Assembly (NCBI GenBank): GCA_003241875.1
Contig: QBLU01000012.1
Coordinates: forward strand, 757 to 64,756
DNA length: 64,000 nucleotides
Reading direction: 5' to 3'
Source: Alphaproteobacteria bacterium
GTDB taxonomy: Bacteria; Pseudomonadota; Alphaproteobacteria; Sphingomonadales; Sphingomonadaceae
Shown: piece by piece, positions 48,103 through 58,519 of the stretch
Numbering within the stretch: position 1 is the stretch's first letter
How the letters are laid out: every line of letters begins with the position of its first letter
The notes under the pieces: model-generated
Seen by the model: the letters and a program-made list of their open reading frames with translations, nothing else
Database searches by the model: none
Told to the model about the DNA's origin: nothing
Program-made: the position numbers and the translations under genes

Positions 48103-49053
48103 ATGGGCATGAAGCTGAAGCTGGACGACGAGCATGGCCGCCTGGCGGCGCTCGGCCGCTATGACATTCTCGACACCGCGATCGAGGAGGAATTCGAACA
48201 GATCGTCCAGCTGGTGCAGCAGGTATTCGGCATGCCGATGGCCGCGGTGACGCTGGTCGATGCCGACCGGCAATGGTTCAAGGCGCGGCGCGGGCTCGGC
48301 GTGGCCGAAACGCCGCGCAGCATGGCATTTTGCCACCACACCATCGCGGCGGCCGATGGCCTGGCCGTCGAGGATGCGGCGAACGACCCGCGCTTTGCCG
48401 ATTCGCCGCTGGTCGTCGGCGACCCCAATATCCGCAGCTATCTCGGTGCACCGCTGCGCACCCCCGACGGCTATCAGGTCGGCGCGCTGTGCATCATCGG
48501 CAAGGAAAGCCGGCGGTTCTCGATCACCGACCGCGAGATCTTGCAGCGTTTCTCGGATGTCGTCGTTTCGCAGATGGAACTGCGGCAGATGGCGAGCACC
48601 GACAGCCTGACCGGGCTGTTGACGCGCCGCGCCTTTGACCAGGCGATGTTCGATGCGCTGGCGCGCGGCACCAGTTCCGCCGTGCTGCTGATCGACATCG
48701 ACCATTTCAAGCAGATCAACGACCGCCTTGGCCATGCCGTCGGCGACGAGGTGCTGCGGGCGGTGACGGCGACGATCGAGGCGGCGGGGCCGTTCGGCGC
48801 CGTCGGCCGGGTCGGCGGCGAGGAATTCGGCGTGCTGCTGCCCGGTGGCGACGGCGCGCCGGCGATTGCCGAGGCGGTCCGCCAGGCGGTGGCGGCGATG
48901 GCGGTGCCGGGGCAGCCGGGGCTGGCGGTCACCGTCAGCATCGGGCTGTCGATGGCCGGCGCCGGCGAGACGACGGAATGCTGGATGAAGCGCGCCGACG
49001 ATGCGCTGTATGCGGCAAAGCGTGGTGGCCGGGATCGCGTCTGCGCAGGCTAG
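48103..49053 (+). CDS. GAF-GGDEF diguanylate cyclase
   Basis: RLAALGRYDILDT...FCHHTI GAF domain; DIDHFKQINDRLGHAVGDEVL; RVGGEEF. Confidence 0.93.
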   Translation: MGMKLKLDDEHGRLAALGRYDILDTAIEEEFEQIVQLVQQVFGMPMAAVTLVDADRQWFKARRGLGVAETPRSMAFCHHTIAAADGLAVEDAANDPRFADSPLVVGDPNIRSYLGAPLRTPDGYQVGALCIIGKESRRFSITDREILQRFSDVVVSQMELRQMASTDSLTGLLTRRAFDQAMFDALARGTSSAVLLIDIDHFKQINDRLGHAVGDEVLRAVTATIEAAGPFGAVGRVGGEEFGVLLPGGDGAPAIAEAVRQAVAAMAVPGQPGLAVTVSIGLSMAGAGETTECWMKRADDALYAAKRGGRDRVCAG

Positions 49054-49080
49054 CCGGGGCGGCTGCGTTGAATCGTGGAT

Positions 49081-49188
49081 CCCGCTCAGGCTGAGCTTGT
49101 CGAAGCCGTGACGCAGGGCGCCTGAGCTTGTCGAAGCCGTGTCGCAGGGCGGCGCTCGCCGGGGCTTCGACATGCTCGGCCTGAGCGG
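49081..49188. repeat. REP/REPIN-like palindromic repeat, family A
   Basis: Near-identical to 6151-6259, including the internal duplication. Confidence 0.85.
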
Positions 49189-49210
49189 ATCAGTTCGAAT
49201 GCAGTCAACG

Positions 49211-49894
49211 CTAGAGCAGCCGCGCCTGCTGCGTCGCCAGGGCATTGGCGGCGTGTGCCTGCCACGCCGGGGTCAGGCCCGGCAGCGTGACCAGTTCGGC
49301 GAGCGCCTCGGCGGCTTCGGCCTTGCCGCCGATGACGTGAACGAAGCGGGCCACCGTCCAGCCGGGATTGTGCCGTTCGACGACATCGTGGGAATCGCCG
49401 GCGGCGACGATGCCGGGTTCGAGCACGCGATAATACCAGCCGCAGCGCGCCGACCGGGTCATCGCCCGCGCCAGCTTTGCCGTGCCGTGGACGGCGGTGA
49501 AGGTCGCGCAGGGTTCACGATGCTGGGCGACCTGCAGCAGCGCCGTGCCGGCCCGAATCATGTCACCGATGCAGACGCTGGCTTCGTCGAGGCCGAGGAT
49601 CACCAGGTTCTCGCCCATGGCGCCCGGGACGAACTGTTCGGCACGATCGGCAAATTCGGCGCGCCAGCCGTCATAGCCCGACGCCGGATAGCCATAGACT
49701 GCCTTTTCAAGGCCGCCGTGCCAGCGCCGGTTGACCTGGGTGTCACCATCGAGCCCGAGCGGACGCACCGCCACCGGGCCATCGACCGGCGTCTTGAAAT
49801 AGGCGGTGACGAGATCGGCGCCGCGGCGACCGGCGCCGGGCAGCGGGGCGGGGCGGCCGACACGGACGGCGGCGATGGTGCCGGATGCGATCAT
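49211..49894 (-). CDS. MOSC-domain protein (YiiM-like)
   Basis: HGGLEKAVYGY; GAMGENL; LQVAQHREPC; CGWYYRVLEPG. Start probably ATG 49894. Confidence 0.9.
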   Translation of the reverse strand: MIASGTIAAVRVGRPAPLPGAGRRGADLVTAYFKTPVDGPVAVRPLGLDGDTQVNRRWHGGLEKAVYGYPASGYDGWRAEFADRAEQFVPGAMGENLVILGLDEASVCIGDMIRAGTALLQVAQHREPCATFTAVHGTAKLARAMTRSARCGWYYRVLEPGIVAAGDSHDVVERHNPGWTVARFVHVIGGKAEAAEALAELVTLPGLTPAWQAHAANALATQQARLL

Positions 49895-49968
49895 CTTGCC
49901 TCTTGCATTTCCCGGCGACGTCTCTGACATTGCTGGCTGTGTTCAACAATACGAAAGGAGGTGATCGG

Positions 49969-50034
49969 ATGTCTCATTGTCACACGTTACGGTCCGGTGC
50001 GTTGGTGGTTGCGGTGGGAATCGCAACGGTCTGA
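49969..50034 (+). CDS. Candidate 21-aa small protein MSHCHTLRSGALVVAVGIATV
   Basis: Preceded by AAAGGAGGTGATC (49954-49966), fully complementary to the 16S 3' end; followed by two hairpins including a terminator. Confidence 0.45.
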   Translation: MSHCHTLRSGALVVAVGIATV

Positions 50035-50070
50035 ACTCAGCGCCATCTCCGGTTCGTAAACCGGCAATGT

Positions 50071-50102
50071 GAAGGCCGTCGGGGCAACCCGGCGGCCTTC
50101 TT
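50071..50102 (+). terminator. Rho-independent terminator (probably bidirectional)
   Basis: GAAGGCCGTCGGG-GCAA-CCCGGCGGCCTTC-TT. Confidence 0.75.
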
Positions 50103-50133
50103 GCATGGTCGGTCCGGCGTGGTCCGAACGAGG

Positions 50134-50910
50134 CTATCGCCCCTTCCACTCGGGCTTGCGCTTCTGGGCAAAGGCCAGTGGGCCTTCCTTCAGATCCTCG
50201 CTGCGCCACAGCGCGGCCACCGCCGGGTGCTTCATCTGGCCCTCATAGGCTTCCTGCAGCGATGCGGTGTCGAGGCTGCGGGCGACGACCTGTTTCGAGG
50301 CGCGAATCGACATCGGCGACAGCGCGCAGATCTGCGCCGCCAGTGCCCGTGCCGCATCGAGCAATTCCGCCTGCGGCACCACGGCATGGACGAAGCCGAG
50401 CGCGACGCCTTCCTCCGCGGGGACGCTGCGCCCGGTCAGGATCATGCCCATGGCGCGCTTGACGCCGATGGTGCGTGGCAACCGGTGCAGGCCGCCGGCC
50501 AGCGCAGCCAGGCCGACCTTGGGCTCGGGCAGGGCAAAGGTCGCGTTGTCGGACGCGATGATGATGTCGCAGGCCAGCGCGATTTCGAAGCCGCCGCCCA
50601 TCGCGACGCCGTTGACCGCGGCGATCACCGGCTTGTCGAGGTCCCAGCGCGAGGTCAGCCCGGCAAAGCCCGTCGGCGGCACCGTCACGGCATTGCCCTC
50701 CGCCTGCCAGCGCAGGTCGTTGCCGGCGGAAAAGGCCCGCTCGCCGGCGCCGGTGATGATCGCCACCCAGAGCTCGGGATCGGCGGCGAAATCGTCGAAG
50801 ATCTGCGCCAGCTCGGCATTGGCCGGCGGGTGCAGCGCGTTCATGCGATCCGGGCGGTTGATGGTGACGATCAGCGTGTGACCCTCACGCGTGGCGGTGG
50901 CATGTTCCAT
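50134..50910 (-). CDS. Enoyl-CoA hydratase/isomerase (crotonase) family protein
   Basis: INRPDRMNAL; AFSAGNDL; KPVIAAVNGVAMGGGFEIALACD; FALPEPKVG; EGPLAFAQKRKPEWKG. Confidence 0.95.
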   Translation of the reverse strand: MEHATATREGHTLIVTINRPDRMNALHPPANAELAQIFDDFAADPELWVAIITGAGERAFSAGNDLRWQAEGNAVTVPPTGFAGLTSRWDLDKPVIAAVNGVAMGGGFEIALACDIIIASDNATFALPEPKVGLAALAGGLHRLPRTIGVKRAMGMILTGRSVPAEEGVALGFVHAVVPQAELLDAARALAAQICALSPMSIRASKQVVARSLDTASLQEAYEGQMKHPAVAALWRSEDLKEGPLAFAQKRKPEWKGR

Positions 50911-51014
50911 GGCGATGTTCCCCGTTGCTGTGCCGGCCGTGTCTGGCAGCGGCGGCGGGGCGGCGCCATGCACGAAAAGGCGAGGGGGCGGGCAGCACAC
51001 CGGCACCAGACGCG

Positions 51015-51250
51015 AAAATGCCCGGGTGCGGCAGCGCACCCGGGCATTCCCGTGACGAGACCTCTTATCCTGGAAACCACTTCACCGGAGTGGACAAAGC
51101 CCCCAATCCCCATCCGGCGAGCGCTACCCCTTGCGGGGCGCAGCATGGTTTCAGGCCGTAAGGCCGTTCTCCGTGAAGACCGGCTTTCGCCTTGTCTTGG
51201 TGATTCTGTTAGGCCGTTCCGCGTCCCAAGTCACTGACTTACGGCAGTGA
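51015..51250 (-). ncRNA. Unidentified structured RNA candidate ending in a terminator
   Basis: On the minus strand: GGC-GAAA-GCC and GCGCCCC-GCAA-GGGGTAGCGC tetraloop hairpins, further stems, and a 14-bp terminator hairpin plus U4 at 51015-51048. Confidence 0.45.
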
Positions 51251-51390
51251 ACGTGTCGCTTCATTGCACTTCCCTGCCGACTGTGGCGGCGTTGCAACAG
51301 CCCCTGCGGTGGCGCCGCTGATTGCACCGGGCCGTGGCCATGCTACACGCGCCCGGCAGCGGCCGCTTGCCGCCATCGAAAGACCAGACA

Positions 51391-52704
51391 TTGCGCCTCT
51401 CCCGCTATTTCCTGCCGGTCCTCAAGGAAACCCCCGGCGACGCCCAGGTCGTCTCGCACCAGTTGATGCTGCGCGCCGGCATGATTCGGCAGACCGCCGC
51501 CGGCATCTATGCCTGGCTGCCGCTCGGGCTGCGCGTGCTGAAAAAGATCGAGCAGATCGTCCGCGAGGAGCAGGATCGCGCCGGCGCCATCGAGGTGCTG
51601 ATGCCGACGATCCAGTCCGCCGAGCTGTGGAAGCAGTCGGGCCGGTATGAAGCCTATGGCCCCGAGATGCTGCGTATCATCGACCGACACGACCGCGAGA
51701 TGCTGTTCAGCCCGACCGCCGAGGAGCTGTTCACCGTCATTTTCCAGAATGGCGCCAAAAGCTATCGCGACCTGCCGCGCAACCTCTACCAGATCCAGTG
51801 GAAATTCCGCGACGAGGTCCGCCCGCGCTTTGGCGTGCTGCGCGGCCGCGAGTTCCTGATGAAGGACGCCTATAGCTTCGATGCGGATTTCGCCGGGGCG
51901 CGGCACAGCTATAATCGCATGTTCATCGCCTATATGCGTACGTTCGCCCGCATGGGCCTTCACGCCATCCCGATGCAGGCGGACACCGGCCCGATCGGCG
52001 GCGACCTGAGCCACGAGTTCATCGTGCTGGCACCGACCGGCGAGAGCGATGTGTTCTACCACGAAAATTGGGAAAAGGGCCGCGATACCGACCATATCGA
52101 TGCCGACGATGCCGGCGCGCTCGAGGCCTATATCGATGGCCTCAACGCCGATTATGCCGCCACCGATGAAAAGCGCGATGCCGCCGCCGAGGCTGTGGCC
52201 GGGGCGGCACTGAAGCAGTCGAAGGGCATCGAGGTCGGCCAGGTCTTCTATTTCGGCGACAAGTACACCAAGGCCATGGGCGTGACGGTGCAGGGCCCCG
52301 ACGGCCAGCCGGTGACGCCGCTGATGGGCAGCTATGGCATCGGCGTGTCCCGCCTGATGGGCGCCATCATCGAGGCCTGCCACGACAAGGACGGCATCAT
52401 CTGGCCCGAGGCCGTGGCGCCGTACAAGGTCGCGCTGATCAACCTGCGCGCCGATGATGCCGCCTGTGCGGCGGCGGCCGATGGCCTGTATGCCCGGCTG
52501 ACCGCGGCGGGTGTCGAGGTGCTCTATGACGATCGCGACGAGCGTGGCGGCGCCAAGTTCGCCACCGCCGACCTGATCGGGCTCCCATGGCAGCTGGTCG
52601 TCGGGCCCAAGGGCATCGCCAATGGCGTCGTCGAGCTGAAGCGCCGCGGCGGCGACAAGACCGAAGTCGGCATCGACGCGGCGGTGGAGCAGCTGACCGC
52701 GTGA
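51391..52704 (+). CDS. proS: Proline--tRNA ligase (short alphaproteobacterial type)
   Basis: [14 protein letters not shown]; [13 protein letters not shown]; [13 protein letters not shown]; GIEVGQVF; [12 protein letters not shown] start at 51391. Confidence 0.97.
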   Translation: MRLSRYFLPVLKETPGDAQVVSHQLMLRAGMIRQTAAGIYAWLPLGLRVLKKIEQIVREEQDRAGAIEVLMPTIQSAELWKQSGRYEAYGPEMLRIIDRHDREMLFSPTAEELFTVIFQNGAKSYRDLPRNLYQIQWKFRDEVRPRFGVLRGREFLMKDAYSFDADFAGARHSYNRMFIAYMRTFARMGLHAIPMQADTGPIGGDLSHEFIVLAPTGESDVFYHENWEKGRDTDHIDADDAGALEAYIDGLNADYAATDEKRDAAAEAVAGAALKQSKGIEVGQVFYFGDKYTKAMGVTVQGPDGQPVTPLMGSYGIGVSRLMGAIIEACHDKDGIIWPEAVAPYKVALINLRADDAACAAAADGLYARLTAAGVEVLYDDRDERGGAKFATADLIGLPWQLVVGPKGIANGVVELKRRGGDKTEVGIDAAVEQLTA

Positions 52705-53948
52705 TCACCCGCTATGAACGCATGATCGCGCGGCGGTATCTGCTGCCCGGGCGCGGCGAGGGGTTCATCTTCCTCGTCGCGTCGATCAGCCTGATCGCCG
52801 TGGCGCTGGGCGTCGCGGCGCTGATCGCGGTCATGTCGGTGATGAACGGTTTTCGCGCCGAATTGTTCGATCGCATCCTGGGGCTCAACGGCCATGCCGT
52901 CGTCCAGGGCTATGGCGGGCGCATCGAGGCGTGGCAGCCGCTGCAGGCGCGGTTGAAGGCGCTGCCCGGCGTCACCAGCGCGACGCCGCTGATCGAACAG
53001 CCGCTGATGGGCAGTTTCGGCGGCCGCGTCGAGGGTGTGCTGGTGCGCGGCATGACGCTTGCCGACATCAACGGCACGCCCGTCATTGCCGACAATGTCG
53101 TCGCCGGCACGTTGCGGAACCTGCAGCCCGGCAGCAACACCGTCGCCATCGGCGCGCGGCTGGCGGAAGCGCTCGGCGCCCGCATCGGCGACCAGATATC
53201 GCTGATCAATCCGCAGGGCGAGTCGACGCCGTTCGGCACCGTGCCGCGCATCGTCGCCTATCGCATCGTCGCGGTCTTCGAGGTCGGCATCTTCGATTAT
53301 GACAAGGCCTTTGTCGTCATGCCGATGAGCGACGCGCAGACGCTGCTAAGGCTCGGCGACGCCGTCGGCATGGTCGAGGTGATGACCGTCGATCCCGACC
53401 GCGTCGGGCAGATCCTGGCGCCGATCGGGCCGAGCATCGCCGGCCAGGCCATCGTCAGCGACTGGAAATCGACCAATTCGGCGTTGTTCTCGGCGCTGGT
53501 CGTCGAGCGCACGGTGATGTTCTGGGTGCTGTCGATCATCATCCTCGTCGCCGTCTTCAATATCTTGTCGTCGCTGATCATGCTGGTCCGCGCCAAGACC
53601 CGCGACATCGCCATCCTGCGCACCATGGGCGCCAGCCGCATTGCGCTGATGCGGGTGTTCATGACCGTCGGCACGCTGATCGGCGGGCTCGGCATCGCGC
53701 TCGGCTGCGTGCTCGGCTTTGCACTGCTGGCGTTCCGCGGCCCGATCGTGTCGGGGGTGTCGGCGATGACCGGCACCAATATCTGGGACCCGTCGGTCCG
53801 CTATTTGACCGAGCTGCCGGCCAAGACCGACCCGATCGAGGTTGTCGGCATCGTCCTGCTGGCGCTGCTGCTGTCGTTCCTGGCGACGCTGTATCCGGCG
53901 TGGAAGGCGGCGAGCACCGATCCCGTGCAGGTGCTGCGCTATGAATAG
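52701..53948 (+). CDS. lolE: Lipoprotein-releasing ABC transporter permease LolC/LolE
   Basis: SVMNGF; [28 protein letters not shown]; [10 protein letters not shown]. Confidence 0.92.
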   Translation: MITRYERMIARRYLLPGRGEGFIFLVASISLIAVALGVAALIAVMSVMNGFRAELFDRILGLNGHAVVQGYGGRIEAWQPLQARLKALPGVTSATPLIEQPLMGSFGGRVEGVLVRGMTLADINGTPVIADNVVAGTLRNLQPGSNTVAIGARLAEALGARIGDQISLINPQGESTPFGTVPRIVAYRIVAVFEVGIFDYDKAFVVMPMSDAQTLLRLGDAVGMVEVMTVDPDRVGQILAPIGPSIAGQAIVSDWKSTNSALFSALVVERTVMFWVLSIIILVAVFNILSSLIMLVRAKTRDIAILRTMGASRIALMRVFMTVGTLIGGLGIALGCVLGFALLAFRGPIVSGVSAMTGTNIWDPSVRYLTELPAKTDPIEVVGIVLLALLLSFLATLYPAWKAASTDPVQVLRYE

Positions 53949-54621
53949 CCCGGTGCTGCAGGTCGAGGGCCTGCGCCGCAGCTTCACGCAAGGCTCGACG
54001 ACGATCGAAGTGCTGAAGGGCGTCGACCTTGGCGTCAACGCCGGCGAGATCGTCGCGCTGCTGGGGCCGTCGGGATCGGGCAAGTCGACGATGCTGCAAG
54101 CGGTGGGACTGCTCGAGGGCGGCTTCCAGGGCGCCATCAGCATCGCCGGGGAGCGGGTCGAGGCGCTCGACAATGCGGGCCGCACGCGGGTGCGGCGCGA
54201 CCGGCTGGGGTTTGTCTACCAGTTTCACCACCTGCTGCCGGATTTCAGCGCCCGCGAGAATGTCATGCTGGCGGGGCTGGTCGCCGGGCGGTCCGAAGTG
54301 GCCGCGTCGGCGCGTGCCGACGAGCTGCTGACCGCGCTCGGCCTCGGTGACCGGCTGAGCCATCGGCCGTCGCAGCTGTCGGGTGGCGAGCAGCAGCGCG
54401 TCGCCGTGGCGCGGGCGCTGGCCAACAAGCCGGTGCTGGTGCTCGCCGACGAACCGACCGGCAACCTCGACGAGGCGACCGCGGCCAAGGTGCTGGCGGA
54501 GTTCCTGGCGCTGGTGCGCGGGCAGGGCAGCGCCGCGCTGGTGGCGACCCACAATCTCGCGCTGGCGAAGCAGATGGACCGGGTGGTGACGTTGCACGAG
54601 GGGCGGCTGGCGACCATTTGA
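53941..54621 (+). CDS. lolD: Lipoprotein-releasing ABC transporter ATPase LolD
   Basis: GPSGSGKS; [13 protein letters not shown]; [10 protein letters not shown]; ADEPTGNLD. Confidence 0.93.
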   Translation: MNSPVLQVEGLRRSFTQGSTTIEVLKGVDLGVNAGEIVALLGPSGSGKSTMLQAVGLLEGGFQGAISIAGERVEALDNAGRTRVRRDRLGFVYQFHHLLPDFSARENVMLAGLVAGRSEVAASARADELLTALGLGDRLSHRPSQLSGGEQQRVAVARALANKPVLVLADEPTGNLDEATAAKVLAEFLALVRGQGSAALVATHNLALAKQMDRVVTLHEGRLATI

Positions 54622-54686
54622 CTTTGCCGTGGATAACTCCGCCGCCGGGCCTTCCCGGAATCGCCCGAAAGCCCCATCATCCGACC

Positions 54687-57600
54687 ATGCGATCGCCGAA
54701 GCCTTTTTCGACCAGCGCCCATGCCGGCTTTGTCCATCTGCGCCTGCAATCGGCCTATTCGATGCTGGAGGGCGCGATCCAGCCCGAGGACCTGGCGAAG
54801 GCGTGCCGGCGCGGATTGTTCCCGGCGGCGGGGCTGGCCGATCGCGGCAACATGTTCGCGGCGATGGATTTTTCCTATGCCGCCAAGGATGCCGGGGTCC
54901 AGCCGATCATCGGCGCCATGGTCGCTGTCGAGCGGCCGGGATCGCGGACCGCGCTGACCCGGCCGGTCAACGACTGGCTGGTGCTGCATGCCCAGGACAG
55001 CACCGGCTATGACAATCTGATTTCGCTGGTCAGCCAGGCGCATCTTGGCGTCGATCCGACCGAGGAGCCGCATCTGCTGCTGGCCGACCTCGAAGGGCGG
55101 ACCGACGGCCTGATCTGCCTGACCGGCGGTGCCGATGGCGCGCTGGCGCGATTGCTCGCCGATGGGCAGCCGCATGAGGACTATGCCGCGGCGCTGATGC
55201 GGCTGTTTCCGGGGCGGCTGTATGTCGAGATCAGCCGTTCGGGCGAGCCGATCGAGCAGCGGTCGGAGGCCGGGTTGCTGCGGCTGGCGACGGCGCACGA
55301 CCTGCCGATCGTTGCCACCAACCCGGTAAAATTCCTCGATGAACGCGTCCATATCGCGCATGACGCGCTGCTCTGCATCGCCGATTCGGCCTATGTCGAG
55401 GCCGAGGAGCGGCGCCGGTCCAACCCGCAGCACCGGCTGAAATCCGCCGACGAGATGCGCAAGGCCTTTGCCGACTTGCCCGAGGCCATCGCCAACACCG
55501 TCGTCGTCGCCCAGCGCTGCGCGGTCGCGGCGCCGTCGCGCAAGCCCATCCTGCCGCGCATGGCCACCGATGGCATGAGCGAGGACCCGGCGCTGGTCGC
55601 CGCCGCCGAGGCCGGGCTGGCCAAGCGGCTGGCGACGCTCGGGATCGATGGCGAGGCGGCGACACCCTATCGCGAGCGGCTGGCGTTCGAGCTCGGCGTC
55701 ATCAACGCCATGGGCTTTCCGGGCTATTTCCTCATCGTTGCCGACTTCATCGCCTGGGCCAAGGAACATGGCATCCCGGTCGGGCCGGGCCGTGGTTCGG
55801 GTGCCGGCTCGGTCGTCGCCTGGGCGCTGACCATCACAGACCTCGATCCGCTCGAACACGGCCTACTGTTCGAACGCTTCCTCAATCCCGACCGCGTGTC
55901 GATGCCCGACTTCGATATCGATTTCTGCGAAACGCGGCGCGTCGAGGTAATCAAATACGTCCAGCAGCGCTATGGCCGCGACCAGGTCGCGCAGATCATC
56001 ACCTTCGGGAAGATGAAGGCGCGCGCCGTGCTCAAGGACGTCGGCCGCGTGCTGCAGATGCCCTATGGCCAGATCGACCGGCTGGCCAAGATGGTGCCGA
56101 GCCACCCGACCGACCCGTGGACGCTGGCGCGGACGTTGGGGCAGGGCAAGGACAAGGACGGCAAGCGCTATCCTGGCCTGCCCGAGTTCATCGCCGAGCG
56201 CGACCGCGATCCCAAGGTCAAGCGGCTGATCGAGATCGCATTGCAGCTGGAAGGCTTGCCGCGGCACAGTTCCACCCATGCCGCCGGCGTCGTCATCGGC
56301 GACCGGCCGCTCAGCCAGCTGGTGCCGCTGTACCGCGATCCGCGATCGGACATGCCGGTCACCCAGTTCGAAATGAAGGCGGTCGAAAAGGCCGGGCTGG
56401 TCAAGTTCGACTTCCTCGGGCTGAAGACGCTGTCGGTGCTCGACCGCGCCGCCAAGCTGCTGGCCAACCGCGGCATCACCGTCGACTGGAACACGCTGCC
56501 GCTCGATGATCCCGCGGTGTTCGCGCTGCTGGCGCGGGCCGATACGGTCGGGGTGTTCCAGTTCGAATCGGAAGGCATGCGACGGGCGCTCGGCCAGGTC
56601 CGGCCCGATTGCTTCGGCGACATCGTCGCGCTCGGCGCGCTCTACCGGCCGGGCCCGATGGACAATATCCCGAGCTTTGCGGCGCGCAAGCATCGCCGCG
56701 AGGCGGTGGCGCTGCTGCATCCGTTGATGGAGCCGATCCTGCGCGAGACCTACGGCATCATCGTCTACCAAGAGCAGGTGATGCAGATCGCCAGGACGCT
56801 GGCCGGCTACAGCCTCGGTGAAGCCGATCTGCTGCGCCGCGCCATGGGCAAGAAGATCCACGCCGAGATGGTGGCGCAGAAGGAGCGCTTTGCCGAAGGC
56901 GCCGCCACCAACGGCATCGAGAAGGACACCGCGTCGGCGATCTTCGACCTGGTGCTGAAGTTCGCCAACTATGGCTTCAACAAGTCGCACGCCGCCGCCT
57001 ATGCGCTGGTCAGCTACCAGACCGCTTGGTTGAAGGCGCATTACCCCCAGGAATTCTATGCCGCGTCGATGGCCTATGACATCGACAATACCGACCGGCT
57101 GGCGGCATTTTCGGAGGATGCGCGGCGCAGCGGCGTGACCGTCCTGCCGCCATGCATCAACGCCTCGCAGGCCGATTTCACCGTGGAGCAGCAGGGCGAG
57201 AAATTCGTCGTCCGCTATGCGCTGGCGGCGCTGAAGAATGTCGGCGAGCGGGCGATGGAGGTCGTCGTCACCGGGCGCGGTCCCGGCTATGCCTCGCTGC
57301 CCGAATTCTCGAAGCGGGTGGACCCCAAGCTGCTCAACAAGCGGCAGCTGGAGAGCCTGATCGCCGCCGGCTGCTTCGACGGGATCGAGCCCAATCGCGC
57401 CGGGGTGCACATGCTGGCGGAGGCGATCCTCGGCACCGCGCAGGCGGCGGCGGCGGCGCGCGAATCGGCACAGACGGCGCTGTTCGGGGAGAGCACGGAC
57501 CAGGGGCTGGCGATGCTGGTGCCCAACGCAAGCTGGACGCTGGCCGAGACGATGGCGCAGGAAAAGGAGGCGTTCGGCTTCTACTTCTCCGGCCATCCGG

Positions 57601-58232
57601 TCGAGGCGTGGCGGCCGGTGCTCGATGCGCAGGGCGCGCTGAGCTTTGCCGAGGTGGCGGCGCTGCCGACCCTCGGCGGCGGCGGCAAGCGCGGCGTCGT
57701 CATGGCCGGGCTGATCGAGGAGATCCGCTGGCGGACGCCGCAGAACGGCGGCTCCGGGCGGGGCAGCAACCGCTATCTGCTGATCACCCTGTCGGACCGG
57801 TCGGGCCAATATGTCGCCAGCTGTTTCGACGAGGACACCCAGGCGCGGCTGGAGGCGGTGGCCGGGGATTCGCCATCGGTGCTGGTCCAGGCCGAACTGA
57901 TGTGGCGGGAGGGCGAGGACGTGCCGCGGGTGACGCTGCGCGGTCTTACCTTGCTCTCGGACATGGCGAAACGCGCCCGCGGGCGGCTGGTCGTCGGCAT
58001 CGGCGACGCCGGCGAGGTGCCGCAGCTGGCGGCGCTGGTGACCGATGCGCGCGGCAAGGGTCGCGGCGAACTGGTTGCCGAAGTGCCGACGGCGGCCGGG
58101 GTGGCGCGGGTCTGGCTGGGCCGCGACTATCTGCTCGATGCCGAATTGATGGCGCGGGTGGCACGGGCGTTCGGCGCGGAGCGGGTGGCTTCGGAGGTGC
58201 TCGATCCGCCGCGACTGGCGCTGGTCGGCTAG
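54687..58232 (+). CDS. dnaE: DNA polymerase III alpha subunit
   Basis: FVHLRLQSAYS PHP domain; GPGRGSGAGS; PDFDIDF; KFDFLGL; YGFNKSHAAAY. Start uncertain (54618 or 54687). Confidence 0.97.
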   Translation: MRSPKPFSTSAHAGFVHLRLQSAYSMLEGAIQPEDLAKACRRGLFPAAGLADRGNMFAAMDFSYAAKDAGVQPIIGAMVAVERPGSRTALTRPVNDWLVLHAQDSTGYDNLISLVSQAHLGVDPTEEPHLLLADLEGRTDGLICLTGGADGALARLLADGQPHEDYAAALMRLFPGRLYVEISRSGEPIEQRSEAGLLRLATAHDLPIVATNPVKFLDERVHIAHDALLCIADSAYVEAEERRRSNPQHRLKSADEMRKAFADLPEAIANTVVVAQRCAVAAPSRKPILPRMATDGMSEDPALVAAAEAGLAKRLATLGIDGEAATPYRERLAFELGVINAMGFPGYFLIVADFIAWAKEHGIPVGPGRGSGAGSVVAWALTITDLDPLEHGLLFERFLNPDRVSMPDFDIDFCETRRVEVIKYVQQRYGRDQVAQIITFGKMKARAVLKDVGRVLQMPYGQIDRLAKMVPSHPTDPWTLARTLGQGKDKDGKRYPGLPEFIAERDRDPKVKRLIEIALQLEGLPRHSSTHAAGVVIGDRPLSQLVPLYRDPRSDMPVTQFEMKAVEKAGLVKFDFLGLKTLSVLDRAAKLLANRGITVDWNTLPLDDPAVFALLARADTVGVFQFESEGMRRALGQVRPDCFGDIVALGALYRPGPMDNIPSFAARKHRREAVALLHPLMEPILRETYGIIVYQEQVMQIARTLAGYSLGEADLLRRAMGKKIHAEMVAQKERFAEGAATNGIEKDTASAIFDLVLKFANYGFNKSHAAAYALVSYQTAWLKAHYPQEFYAASMAYDIDNTDRLAAFSEDARRSGVTVLPPCINASQADFTVEQQGEKFVVRYALAALKNVGERAMEVVVTGRGPGYASLPEFSKRVDPKLLNKRQLESLIAAGCFDGIEPNRAGVHMLAEAILGTAQAAAAARESAQTALFGESTDQGLAMLVPNASWTLAETMAQEKEAFGFYFSGHPVEAWRPVLDAQGALSFAEVAALPTLGGGGKRGVVMAGLIEEIRWRTPQNGGSGRGSNRYLLITLSDRSGQYVASCFDEDTQARLEAVAGDSPSVLVQAELMWREGEDVPRVTLRGLTLLSDMAKRARGRLVVGIGDAGEVPQLAALVTDARGKGRGELVAEVPTAAGVARVWLGRDYLLDAELMARVARAFGAERVASEVLDPPRLALVG

Positions 58233-58251
58233 CGCCATTGCAAGGATCGGA

Positions 58252-58340
58252 CCGCTGAGGCTGAGCTTGTCGAAGCCCGGCCGTGATGCGTCCCCCGAAC
58301 CGTCCCCCGAACCGGCTTCGACAAGCTCAGCCTGAGCGGG
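58252..58340. repeat. REP/REPIN-like repeat, family A
   Basis: CTGAGCTTGTCGAAGCC...GGCTTCGACAAGCTCAGCCTGAGCGG arms; spacer carries CGTCCCCCGAAC x2. Confidence 0.8.
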
Positions 58341-58352
58341 TTCCTGGTGCCT

Positions 58353-58519
58353 TCACGGCATTTGTACCTGCAACTGCGGTTCGCTGCGCAGGATCTTCGC
58401 CATCGGCCTTTGGCGAGTTCGTCGACTTCGGCGCGGCAGCGGCCTTTCTTCCCGGCCTTCGCGACACAGGCGGGGTACACGGCGGCGACGCTCAAGGCGT
58501 AGATGCGGCGGCTGGGCAT
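58353..58519 (-). pseudogene. DUF2200-family pseudogene with large internal deletion and frameshift
   Basis: MPSRRIYALSVAAVYPACVAKAGKKGRCRAEVDE is joined directly to LAKG, then a frameshift gives MAKILRS; GGAG RBS upstream. Confidence 0.7.

Noticed and set aside
51015-51250. c-di-GMP-I, cobalamin, yybP-ykoY riboswitch, RNase P, SRP, 6S or tmRNA identity for the structured RNA
   Set aside because: Only fragmentary resemblance (e.g. CGGCCTGAAACC, GACGAGACC); the diagnostic conserved cores are missing.
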